64,000 bases of DNA from Macrostomum lignano (Eukaryota), in NCBI GenBank assembly GCA_002269645.1, contig NIVC01000573.1, positions 434,001 through 498,000 of the forward strand, written 5' to 3'. Of the stretch, positions 1 to 11,600 are shown in pieces. The notes below the pieces were generated by a model. The model was not told where the DNA came from, made no database searches, and saw only the letters and a list, made by a program, of their open reading frames with translations. Position numbers and translations under genes: made by a program. Numbering within the stretch: the stretch's first letter is position 1; each line of letters starts with the position of its first letter.

Positions 1-638
1 GCCGCATTGCTTCAACATCATCAGTTGATGGCTGCTCAGAGCGCCTACGCGCAGCATTTTCTTCAGCAGCAGCAGCAGCAGCAATTGCTGGCCGCGGCCG
101 CCGCTGCCAGGTCGCCGCATATCGCTAAAGATTTTCAGCAGCAGCAGCAGCATCAACTGCTTCAGCAGCAGCAACACCAACAGCAGCAACAGGCGGCTGC
201 GGCTGCCCAACAGCTGCTTTTGCAGCAGCAGCAACAGCAGCAGCTTCACCAGCAAGTGCCGCAGTCATCGATGGCTCCAGCCGTGTCTGTTGAAGCCGCC
301 GTGTCGGCTGCCAACGCCAACAATACGCCGCCAGCGTCTGCTGCATCAGCGGCAGCCGAGGCTGGCAAGCAGCCAACTACTCAGACTGCTCAGCAGCAGC
401 AGCAGGAAGATGATCCCAACTGCACCATAGTCCGCCGGCCTGTGCTGTACAACAAAGACGGCAGCGCCAATGGCGCTTCATCGGCGGCTGCGACAGCATC
501 TCCGGCTTCGACTGCGACGGCTGGTGCCGCGCTGACGCCGACGGCAGCGACTTCGGGCCCCGGCGGCGACACCGACAAAAAGTGCAGCGGACCGTGGCGC
601 CGGCTCATCCGCGAGGACGGCACCGTGGCTTTCACCAG
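1..638 (+). CDS. Internal exon (5'-truncated by window) of an unidentified Gln/Ala-rich protein
   Basis: Frame 1 is open from base 1, GC-rich, with polyQ/polyA runs. It ends at a consensus donor CCAG|GTGAGG (GT at 639-640, phase 2), so the ORF-track stop at 642 is probably intronic. No recognisable domain. Confidence 0.7.
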
Positions 639-1107
639 GTGAGGCGGCAGAACTCCAGTTTCGGGATGTGGGGGGGGGGGGCTTCCTGTGTGCCTCATCA
701 ACCGAGTCGGTGTTGCAAATCCATTGATTGCATTTCACTCACCTGCAGGGCCGCCGCTCAGTCTGCATTTTGCCCAGCAACGAAATTGCATTGTTACATT
801 ATGATGGAAACTCAGCATTTTCTATTCCAGATGCAGTTTATAAAGATAGAAAATATCCCCAATTATTTGGGATCAAATTGCTGCTTACATCTTTACATTT
901 ATTTGTGTTTTTTAGCGTATTTAAGATTGCTTTACATTGATTTATTGGGCCAGGTTTCATCGATCCCGTTGCTACGGTAAACATTGCCGTTGCTAAGAGA
1001 TTGATAACTAGAATAGATTCAATGTTAGTCTAGGGGGAATGCTAATTAGTAGTGTGTAACGCAAATTTACTCCCTATTTTTATTGACATTTGTCTCCTTT
1101 ATTTCAG

Positions 1108-1162
1108 GTTCCAAAAAGCATTTGCGGAGAGAGTGCGGTCACAGCGCACTCAACTCGTTTAA
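1108..1162 (+). CDS. Putative terminal exon of the Gln-rich gene (RFQKAFAERVRSQRTQLV*)
   Basis: Pyrimidine-rich acceptor TTGTCTCCTTTATTTCAG|G ending at 1107. Phase-2 compatible with the donor at 638; stop TAA at 1160-1162; AATAAA near 1802. Confidence 0.45.
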
Positions 1163-2201
1163 GTATGATGATTGATAGCTGAGGAATTAATTTTTATTTC
1201 TAATAACGATTAGATTGTCACTAGACTGTTGCTTTAGGGCTTGTTACCGAAATCGTTAATTTCGATAGTTTTAAGCAAGGCTGTTATCAGGCATAGTGGA
1301 AGGAGAGCTGTGAAGGTGTGTGAGCTGGTTTATAGCCGCAGCGCAAAGGTACGTCAGAGGCCATACAGTGGCTCAAAATTAGACTGACAGTTTTTGTGCT
1401 CAGTTTCCAAATTAATTGTCCCGCGAAATTTGTTTGCCTGCCTCATTAAAACAACAACAACAACAACAACATAAAATACAGCTGCTAAGCAACAAGGCAT
1501 AATCTTGTACTCTATGTATATGTACCGTGTTTATTTATTGTTCATAACCGCTTGCATAAACTGGTTGGTCACGTTATGTTTACTGCCTTTTCTCTCTTTT
1601 GCACTCTTCTCATTTTTTGCAGTCTGGCAAATTTGAGCAGTTAATTCATAATTAAGGAACAACAAGTTCTATTAGAGAGTGACGTTGAGTGTGCAGAGGA
1701 TAATATTAGCTATGAGCTGAGTCAGCCTGCTTTGTGTATTCTATCTCAGTCTCAAATTCTCCATCACCCATTGGGCTGCATAGACCAGTGGAACATGAAT
1801 GAATAAAAGTACTATAATAAGATTTTATAAGCAGAATGTAAGCTTTTAGTCGCTTCTCTCTCGGCCTAACCTCCACCGCAACCACACAACAGCAGCACCC
1901 ACTGAGTGTCAGTTAATACATATCTTTAATCTGTTATTTTTTGGTTTAATTGTGATATTTTATATTGAATTCATTTGTCTTAGTAGTTAATCTCTCTTGA
2001 ATTCACCACTCGGATTTGTATATAGAGACTCCTACAGACAGCAGTTCTTTAACCCGCTCAGGCACTTGGTATTGTTTATTGTGTAGCTTTCTAATTAACG
2101 ATATTATGCTAGAAATTAACTGGGACTAATGCTATAGGTAAGGTGAAATTCTCTACTTGGTTGGGGTTTAACCATAGAGTGGAGCCTTGAACAGTTTGAT
2201 C

Positions 2202-2525
2202 GGCTTTACTGTCTATGGCCGAATGCAGTTCTGTGGCAAGTGGCTTTACTGTCTATGGCCGAATGCAGTTCTGTGGCAAGTGGCTTTACTGTCTATGGCC
2301 GAATGCAGTTCTGTGGCAAGTGGCTTTACTGTCTATGGCCGAATGCAGTTCTGTGGCAAGTGGCTTTACTGTCTATGGCCGAATGCAGTTCTGTGGCAAG
2401 TGGCTTTACTGTCTATGGCCGAATGCAGTTCTGTGGCAAGTGGCTTTACTGTCTATGGCCGAATGCAGTTCTGTGGCAAGTGGCTTTACTGTCTATGGCC
2501 GAATGCAGTTCTGTGGCAAGTGGCT
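2202..2525. repeat. 40-bp minisatellite, ~8 near-perfect copies
   Basis: Unit TGGCTTTACTGTCTATGGCCGAATGCAGTTCTGTGGCAAG; explains the repetitive ORFs at 2187-2641. Confidence 0.95.
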
Positions 2526-2570
2526 GCTGCAGCTTCTTGGTTCTTGAGATTCTTGGTTGGATAGGCTTAG

Positions 2571-2861
2571 CACTCAACAACAATAAAAAGTCGCCACCTA
2601 TGAGAGTGCGCAGTAAATTCCAGTTCAGTTTTGACTTTTGAGTGACGCAACTTGCGCCACGGGACGCAGAGTTTGGGCTGGGTGAGGAGGGATTGGGAAG
2701 AGCGGAGGGCGAAGATTGAATGGATTGAAGCTTCCGCCCGGTTTTCATAGTTTTCTTCAAGCGTTTTGTTAATATCAAAATGGTTGGCCAGGTGACAGAC
2801 GCTGGTCGAAAAACACTGCTCACTGGGGCAAAGGGTGGCGACTCTTTGATGTTGCTGAGTA
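2571..2861. mobile_element. Degenerate MITE with ~29-bp imperfect TIRs (Tc1/mariner-like ends)
   Basis: Left CACTCAACAACAATAAAAAGTCGCCACC versus reverse complement of right end TACTCAGCAACATCAAAGAGTCGCCACC. TA follows the right end; the left TA is not exact. Confidence 0.65.
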
Positions 2862-3719
2862 TAACTGTCAATTGACTCCCTTCTCTCTCCCTTCTGTCTT
2901 AGTGCCACACATTGCCAATCCCATCACGTGATTTTTTAGTTAACTATAACTTCTAGGCCAGCTGAAATTTGCACTAACCAATTATGTACTGGCTTAACTA
3001 GCTGACTGCATGCTGACAATCTGACCAATTGATGGTTTTTAATAATTATCATCTTGCAGAGCGAAACAACTGCAGTAGTGATAAAATCCACTGAAATATT
3101 GAAAAATGTAGGGTCTTAGCCTTAAAATTGTTCTCAAATCACCCGAGAACTCAGCCCCATCAGTAAATATTTATTCGCTTAGTTAGCTGATGACTGACTT
3201 GTGTTGCCACCCGCCAGTGTAAATTAACGGTGTACCGGTGTGCTTTAACTCTACATTTGTGTTTAGAATCTTATTATATAATGCATCTGTGTTACCAGTG
3301 ATATTTAAGTGCAACTCTATCGGGCTGATGTAGATGGTCTAGAAGTCTCATGAAAAAATATTAAGCTAACGTATATCATAGTCACTCAGTACTAAACTTT
3401 GTTTAAGAAAAGGTTGTGCAATAGACTGCTATACTCAACTTATATAACCATAATATTTTAATATTGCAATCAATAAATCACTAAGTAGCTTTTTTACTAC
3501 TAAAGTAACAAATTTACCCTTCTACTGATTTTTAGCTACCTCACTAGTGATAACTTTTATGATTTTTAATATAGATATTGGAAAATTTCAGCTAGTTGGT
3601 ATAAAAGATTTAGTTAGAGAAACAGCTTTGATTTTATAAACTTCTGGTGATCTGCGAAAATTTGTTGTCATGGCTAATAAATAATGCTAATCATTGTAAT
3701 GGAGCTATCCCATGAGCAA

Positions 3720-4765
3720 AGTGAGGTGGCTTAATAGTAATTAGTTTTGATTGGCTTTGCTCGGGCTGAGGGTGAGGTTGCTAGATAGTAAATTATTCTG
3801 ATTGGCTGGGCTGTGGCTGAGGGTGAGGTTGCTAGATAGTAAATTATACTGATTGGCTGATCTCTGGCTGAGGGTGAGGTGGCTAGATAGTAAATTATAC
3901 TGATTGGCTGATCTCAGGGTGAGGTGGCTAGATAGTAAATTATACTGATTGGCTGATCTCAGGGTGAGGTGGCTAGATAGTAAATTATACTGATTGGCTG
4001 ATCTCAGGGTGAGGTGGCTAGATAGTAAATTATACTGATTGGCTGATCTCTGGCTGAGGGTGAGGTGGCTAGATAGTAAATTATACTGATTGGCTGGGCT
4101 CGGGCTGAGGGTGAGGTGGCTAGATAGTAAATTATACTGATTGGCTGGGCTCGGGCTGAGGGTGAGGTGGCTAGATAGTAAATTATACTGATTGGCTGGG
4201 CTCGGGCTGAGGGTGAGGTGGCTAAATAGTAAATTATACTGATTGGCTGATATCTGGCTGAGGGTGAAGTGGCTAGATAGTAAATTATACTGATTGGCTG
4301 ATCTCTGGCTGAAGGTGAGGTGGCTAGATAGTAAATTATACTGATTGGCTGGGCTCGGGCTGAGGGTGAGGTGGCTAGATAGTAAATTATACTGATTGGC
4401 TGGGCTCGGGCTGAGGGTGAGGTGGCTAAATAGTAAATTATACTGATTGGCTGATATCTGGCTGAGGGTGAAGTGGCTAGATAGTAAATTATACTGATTG
4501 GCTGATCTCTGGCTGAAGGTGAGGTGGCTAGATAGTAAATTATACTGATTGGCTGATCTCTGGCTGAGGGTGAGGTGGCTAGATAGTAAATTATACTGAT
4601 TGGCTGGGCTCGGGTTGAGGGTGAGGTGACTAGATAGTAAATTATACTAATTGGCTGATCTCTGGCTGAGGGTGAGGTGGCTAGATAGTAAATGATTCTG
4701 ATTGGCTAGGCTCAGACGCAGAGTGAGGTGACTAGATAATAAATGAATCTGATTGGCTGTTCTCG
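3720..4765. repeat. 45/51-bp minisatellite (~20 copies) containing an inverted CCAAT box
   Basis: Unit (GGCTG)AGGGTGAGGTGGCTAGATAGTAAATTATACTGATTGGCTGATCTC(T). Confidence 0.95.
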
Positions 4766-5546
4766 GGCTGGGCTTCTGCTCAGTAATAGAATGCTTCGCA
4801 TTGAGCAAGCCGAGTTGAGTAGGCAGCGTGAGTAGGGTGGCTGGAGCTCAGGCTGCCAGAAGGCGTGCTTCGCAGCTTATTAGCTTGGCATCCCTCCGTT
4901 GGAGCTGGCAGATCCCCCAGTGCGAGCTGCCAACCGGTTTAATTTTATTTTTTCTTAAAACATTTTTGGTGTGTCGCGCATTACACATTTAGAACTGCTA
5001 ATGTGTGTTTTTGGACCTCCTTTGTCCAATTTTGGCAGCAGGCATTTTGATTATTATACTTATTTTTTTGTTTCACAATCCAATCTGTACCGCACGGCAG
5101 TCAGATATGTGTTTTAGATAACCGCTGCTCTGTGATCATGTTTAATGATATGCCAAACGTAGTCAATTAATTAGCTTTTCTATCCTAACTGGAATGATGC
5201 CACTTGCTTGATTTCTAGTGTGACATTAAATAAAAAACTTCTCATTTTTATCTCTCGCATTTTTATTATACAAAGAATATAAAAGTTTCGAATAAAGGAG
5301 AGAGAGAGAGAGAGTGATCGATAAGTTAGCTAGAGATAATTCAGTTTGAAAACACACTAAAACAGAAGCAGACAAGACTAGAAAAGCAGAAAAATTGTAA
5401 AGAACAAGAGTAAAATAAAAAAGCAGAAACGGTGATAAAAAGCAAAGCAAGACAGCACCTTGGCCAGCCTCTCACCTGCTGCTCCCCCTGGCGCCCCGGG
5501 GGCTCCACCCCCTCCTTTCCGCTTTCATCCGCTGGCCCGCGTGCAG

Positions 5547-6243
5547 CTGCTCAGGGGAACTGCTCGACTCTCCGGCTGCCCTGGCCGCCTACCGCTTGCG
5601 GCCGGGTGCCTGCCTGCGCTGCCTGCCTGACGCCTGCGACTCCCTGCTCAGCTTCGATGCCGCCGCCCCGGACCCCGCGGCCGCTTTTGAAGCCGCCGCC
5701 GCCGCCGCTGCCAGCCAGGGAGTCAAGCGGCGCCGGGTGAACGGCACGGCCGACGCCGCCGGCAGAAATGACGACGACGGGAAAGGCGATGCCGCAGCCG
5801 ACGGCGAGGCATCGGAGGCCACCCCGGCCAAGCGGCAGCTGCTGGCCGGCGGCCAGGCTGGCGGCGGGCCGGCGGACGCGGACGAGCGCGAGCTGGACGA
5901 CTACCTGTCCCGACAGGAGGCCGCCTACCGCGGCGTCAACGACGACTCGGCGCCTCCCGCCCGGCCGCCGTTCCACGGCCACCAGCCGCACCACCGGCCG
6001 CCGCCGCTGCCGCTGCAGCACCCGCGCTGGCCCAAGCCGTTCGGTCCGCGTGGCCCGCCGCACCCGCACCATCAGCACCACCCGCACCACCATTCGGCCA
6101 GGCCGCCCATGTTCGGCGCCGGCTTCCACCACCGGAGTCCCGGGCCCCGGTTCCGCGGCGGCTACCAGCCGAGGCAGCCAAAGTTCCCCGCCGGCAACCA
6201 GCAACAGCAGCCGCCTCCGCCGCCGCAGCCGCCCGCCCAGTAA
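5547..6243 (+). CDS. Terminal exon of an unidentified protein (possible ubiquitin-like segment, NLS, Pro/His/Gly-rich tail)
   Basis: Frame 1 is open from 5419 to TAA at 6243 and is GC-rich. Candidate acceptor ...CCTTTCCGCTTTCATCCGCTGGCCCGCGTGCAG|C at 5546. Contains KRRRV and PHPHHQHHPHHH. The exon start is uncertain. Confidence 0.6.
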
Positions 6244-6268
6244 CTGAAGTGTGAGTTCGATTTGGCTC

Positions 6269-7070
6269 ATTTAGAATCGCCCTAATAATCATTCAGAATC
6301 GCCCTGAGTGAATAGAATCACCTAATAATCATTCAGAATCGCTCCAATAATCATTAAGAATCGCTCCAATAATCATTAAGAATCGCCCTAATGATCATTC
6401 AGAATTGCTCCAATAATCATTAAGAATCGCTCCAATAATCATTAAGAATCGCCCTAATGATCATTCAGAATTGCTCCAATAATCATTCAGAATCGCCCTA
6501 ATTATCATTCAGAATCGCTCCAATAATCATTAAGAATCGCTCCAATAATCATTCAGAATCGCCCTAATGATCATTCAGAATTGCTCCAATAATCATTCAG
6601 AATCGCCCTAATTATCATTCAGAATCGCTCCAAAAATCATTCAGAATCGCCCTAATTATGATTCAGAATCGCCCTAATAATCATTCAGAATCGCCCCAAT
6701 AATCATTCAGAATCGCCCTAATTATCATCCAGAATCGCCCTAATAATCATTCAGAATCGCCCCAATAATCATTCAGAATCGCCCCAATAATCATTAAGAA
6801 TCGCCCTAATAATCATTCAGAATCGCCCTAATGATCATTCAGAATCGCCCTAATAATCATTCAGAATCGCCCCAATAATCATTAAGAATCGCCCTAATAA
6901 TCATTCAGAATCGCCCCAATAATCATTAAGAATCGCCCTAATAATCATTCAGAATCGCCCTAATGATCATTCAGAATCGCCCTAATGATCATTCAGAATC
7001 GCCCTAATAATCATTCAGAATCGCCCTAATGATCATTCAGAATCGCCCTAATAATCATTCAGAATCGCCC
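6269..7070. repeat. 22-bp minisatellite (~36 copies)
   Basis: Unit AATCATTCAGAATCGCCCTAAT with variants, starting shortly after the stop at 6243. Confidence 0.95.
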
Positions 7071-7480
7071 TTGCCCTCGCATATATGTTCAACCCAACCC
7101 TGTGATTACAGCTTTGCCATGGCAACAGGAATTTCTGAATAAATCATGTCTACACAAAACTGAAAATGAACTGATCTTATATTCGCAGAGTTGCGGACTT
7201 TGCTTATAAAGCAATCCTTACTCTGGCTTTCCCTTTCCACTGTTTTTCCACTGTCTGTCCCACACGGCTAAGAGATTTCATCGCTGTTCGCCTCACGATC
7301 TCGAACCCTCCCTCCCCTTCTGTATCGCTGTTGTGCAATTGTCTTTTTTTACAATGTCCCTTGCTTCTTTACTGCGCTTGCATCGCATCTCTGCTCCTAA
7401 CTATTATGCTATATTATTGTATATTATGTTATATTATTACCCTGTGAAGTGAGGCCGGTCGTTGGCATCAGGTATCAGGT

Positions 7481-8103
7481 ATAATGTGCTTGTTGTGGAT
7501 GATAATGTGCTTGTTGTTGATGATAATGTGCTTGTTGTGGTTGATAATGTGCTTGTTAATTGTGGATGATAATGTGCTTGTTGTTGATGATAATGTGCTT
7601 GTTGTGGATGATAATGTGCTTGTTGTGGATGATAATGTGCTTGTTGTTGATGATAATGTGCTTGTTGTGGTTGATAATGTGCTTGTTAATTGTGGATGAT
7701 AATGTGCTTGTTGTTGATGATAATGTGCTTGTTGTGGATGATAATGTGCTTGTTGTGGATGATAATGTGCTTGTTGTTGATGATAATGTGCTTGTTGTGG
7801 ATGATAATGTGCTTGTTGTTGATGATAATGTGCTTGTTGTGGATGATAATGTGCTTGTTGTGGATGATAATGTGCTTGTTGTTGATGATAATGTGCTTGT
7901 TGTTGATGATAATGTGCTTGTTGTGGTTGATAATGTGCTTGTTGTGGATGATAATGTGCTTGTTGTGGATGATAATGTGCTTGTTTTGGATGATAATGTG
8001 CTTGTTGTTTATGATAATGTGCTTGTTGCGGGTAATAATGTGCTTGTTGTGGATGATAATGTGCTTGTTGTGGATGATAATGTGATGTTGTGGATGATAA
8101 TGT
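7481..8103. repeat. 21-bp minisatellite (~30 copies)
   Basis: Unit GATAATGTGCTTGTTGTGGAT and variants. Confidence 0.95.
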
Positions 8104-8625
8104 AACAGTACAAGGATGCCGTATCCAAGGTAAATCACCGTTGCTAAAGCCACCAGGTAATCGTACGTAGCAGCACCCAAATTTTAAATTAGTTATTCTT
8201 GATGTTGCAAGATACAGATGTACTTTGTTGGCCAATGTTGGGCGTTGATTTTGTTCCGCAGACCCCCTATTAGCAACTGGTGTGTTCTGCTTTCCTACTG
8301 CACCTGTTTTGTCCAGCCCGTGTCACACAGGTTTTTCATCATTTTTTTCTCGACCCTAACTCACACTACTGGTATTAATAAGTAGTATATTAAGCTTAGC
8401 TATAAAAATTGGTTTGAGAGCTCTCTGTCCGATGTTAAAAGTTTTGTACTTCTCGCACTTTTATTCACCGTCCGCTGAACTAATAGGGTATAACTTTGCA
8501 CACAGAGTTCAAGAGTGTATCTGATGTATTAAATTAATATTCAATGTACCAGGATGTTTCATTATGTGTCGTGGTTCACAAAAAAAATTCATAAAATACT
8601 TATCTAATTCGTGTATAACGGCTAA

Positions 8626-11600
8626 ACCCAAGAATGGAGCAAAAAAGTCAACTTTGTTAGTCTTATTGTGTCACCAATTTTATACGAGTGTGCCTTACAA
8701 GTACTAATGATTGATATAATGATTGATATAATGATTGATTCGTAAGAAAGTTTGATCACAATAATTATGGACAAAAAATCACTAATGTTGAGACCCCCTC
8801 AGCCCAATTAGTAGCCCGCCGGGAAATTTAATGGCTGTGTGAGCTTTTAAGCGCACACAGAAATTTACGGCATGAATCATATCGCGTGAATAACACACAA
8901 GCTCACACAGCCCTCAAATTTCCCACCGGGCAGTTTTGATGACGGAGCTTTTGGGAAAATGCACTTCATCCATAATCTCTTTAGATTTCCAAAGAAATCT
9001 GTAAACATTGGGGTCGACTTTACTTAAACCTACTAATGAATCAACTTCTATGACAAATTTACAACAGAAATCTTCCCCCAATTGTCTCGGCAGGCTCCTA
9101 TTATACGCGACATGGACCTAATCATAAATTCAAGTAGCAGCTTGCTTGAAGAAACACACCCAGTACATGCAAAAAGTTCTTGCATATCAAGTAGAAATTT
9201 TAAAGTACCGAATGTTAATCAGGCACTCAAAACCACTAGCTACTACGAGTATAAGGTTACTGAAATTATAAGGCTGCTTAAATGAATTGAAAACAAAAAC
9301 AGGGAACTAAAGTTTCAAGACCCGGCCGTTTGTTCCTTATGAGTGAGTAATGAGTCATGGAAACTAGGAACTACACACGTCAATTCTAATAATAGAACCA
9401 GGAACCTCACCCACCCCCAGAGACAATGCACTGTTTTATTTAAAGGCTTTGTATAAGGCAGGGCGTAGCTAGAATAGGAAGGACGTGGCACTAAGCACTA
9501 AGTTCTGATATTTGGAAAATTTGGCTATTTTTTGCCGTCAAAGAAGTCAGTCATACAGGCACGTGTCGTCAGTAAAAAGTCTGCTGCTCTGTAAGTCAAC
9601 ATTTCTGCAAAGTACATCTTTAATTTACCTATTTAATGTAATATCCATATCCTATCTGCTAATGGAACTAATCTCATCTAGAGACCTCGTCAACTCATCT
9701 AGACACCCCGTCAACTCATCTAGAGACCCGTCAGCTCATCTAGACACCCCGTCAACTCATCTAGAAACCCCATCAACTCATCTAGAGACCTCGTCAACTC
9801 ATCTAGACACCCCGTCAACTCATCTAGAGACCCGTCAACTCATCTAGAAACCCCATCAACTCATCTAGAGACCTCGTCAACTCATCTAGAGACCCCGTCA
9901 ACTCATCTAGAGAACCGCCAACTCATCTAGAGACCTCGTCAACTCATCTAGAGACCCTAAGAATGGAGCAAAATTGTCAACTTTGTTAGTCTTATTGTGT
10001 CACCAATTTTATACGAGTGTGCCTTACAAGTACTAATGATTGATATAATGATTGATATAATGATTGATATAATGATTGATATAATGATTGATTCGTAAGA
10101 AAGTTTAATCACAATAATTATGGACAAAAAATCACTAATGTTGAGACCCCTTCAGCCGAATTAGTAGCCCGCCGGGAAATTTAATGGCTGTGTGAGCTTT
10201 TAAGCGCACACAGAAATTTACGGCATGAATCATATCGCGTGAATAACACACAAGCTCACACAGCCCTCAAATTTCCCACCGGGCAGTTTTGATGACGGAG
10301 CTTTTGGGAAAATGCACTTCATCCATAATCTCTTTAGATTTCCAAAGAAATCTGTAAACATTGGGGTCTACTTGATTCGCCATCTTCCGAAATCATACGT
10401 CGAACTTGCCGCTTACTTAAACCTACTAATGAATCAACTTCTATGACAAATTTACAACAGAAATCTTCCCCCAATTGTCTCGGCAGGCTCCTATTATACG
10501 CGACATGGACCTGATCATAAATTCAAGTAGCAGCTTGCTTGAAGAAACACACCCAGTACATGCAAAAAGTTCTTGGATATCAAGTAGAAATTTTAAAGTA
10601 CCGAATGTTAATCAGGCACTCAAAACCACTAGCTACTACGAGTATAAGGTTACTGAAATTATAAGGCTGCTTAAATGAATTGAAAACAAAAACAGGGAAT
10701 TAAAGTTTACAGACCCGTTTGTTCCTTGTGAGTGAGCAATGAGTCATGGAAACTAGGAACTACATACGTCAATTCTAATAATAGAACCAGGAACCTCAAC
10801 CACCCCCAGAGACAATGCACTGTTTTATTTAAAGGCTTTGTATAAAGCAGGGCGTAGCTAGAATAGGAAGGACGTGGCACTAAGCACTAAGTTCTGATAT
10901 TTGGAAAATTTGGCTATTTTTTGCCGTCAAAGAAGTCAGTCATACAGGCACGTGTCGTCAGTAAAAAGTCTGCTGCTCTGTAAGTCAACATTTCTGCAAA
11001 GTACATCTTTAATTTACCTATTTAATGTAATATCCATATCCTATCTGCTAATGGAACTAATCTCATCTAGAGACCTCGTCAACTCATCTAGACACCCCGT
11101 CAACTCATCTAGAGACCCGTCAGCTCATCTAGACACCCGTCAACTCATCTAGAAACCCCATCAACTCATCTAGAGACCTCGTCAACTCATCTAGAGACCT
11201 CGTCAACTCATCTAGAGACCCTAAGAATGGAGCAAAATTGTCAACTTTGTTAGTCTTATTGTGTCACCAATTTTATACGAGTGTGCCTTACAAGTACTAA
11301 TGATTGATATAATGATTGATATAATGATTGATATAATGATTGATATAATGATTGATATAATGATTGATATAATGATTGATATAATGATTGATATAATGAT
11401 TGATTCGTAAGAAAATTTGATCACAATAATTATGGACAAAAAATCACTAATGTTGAGACCCCTTCAGCCCAATTAGTAGCCCGCCGGGAAATTTAATGGC
11501 TGTGTGAGCTTTTAAGCGCACACAGAAATTTACGGCATGAATCATATCGCGTGAATAACACACAAGCTCACACAGCCCTCAAATTTCGCTCAGGGCAGTT

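Noticed and set aside
1850-1867. Resemblance to the 5' end of U2 snRNA (TCGCTTCTC..GGCCT)
   Set aside because: The match is short and gapped, and no branch-point recognition or Sm-site sequence follows.
7468-8235. ORF encoding (HYHPQQA)n and the overlapping (VDDNVLV)n ORFs
   Set aside because: A stop-free 21-bp minisatellite is open in several frames on both strands; no splice or compositional support.
9457-9510. tRNA-like start GCAGGGCGTAGCTAG in the array unit
   Set aside because: No B-box (GTTCRA) and no cloverleaf; no matching inverted end to call it a TIR either.
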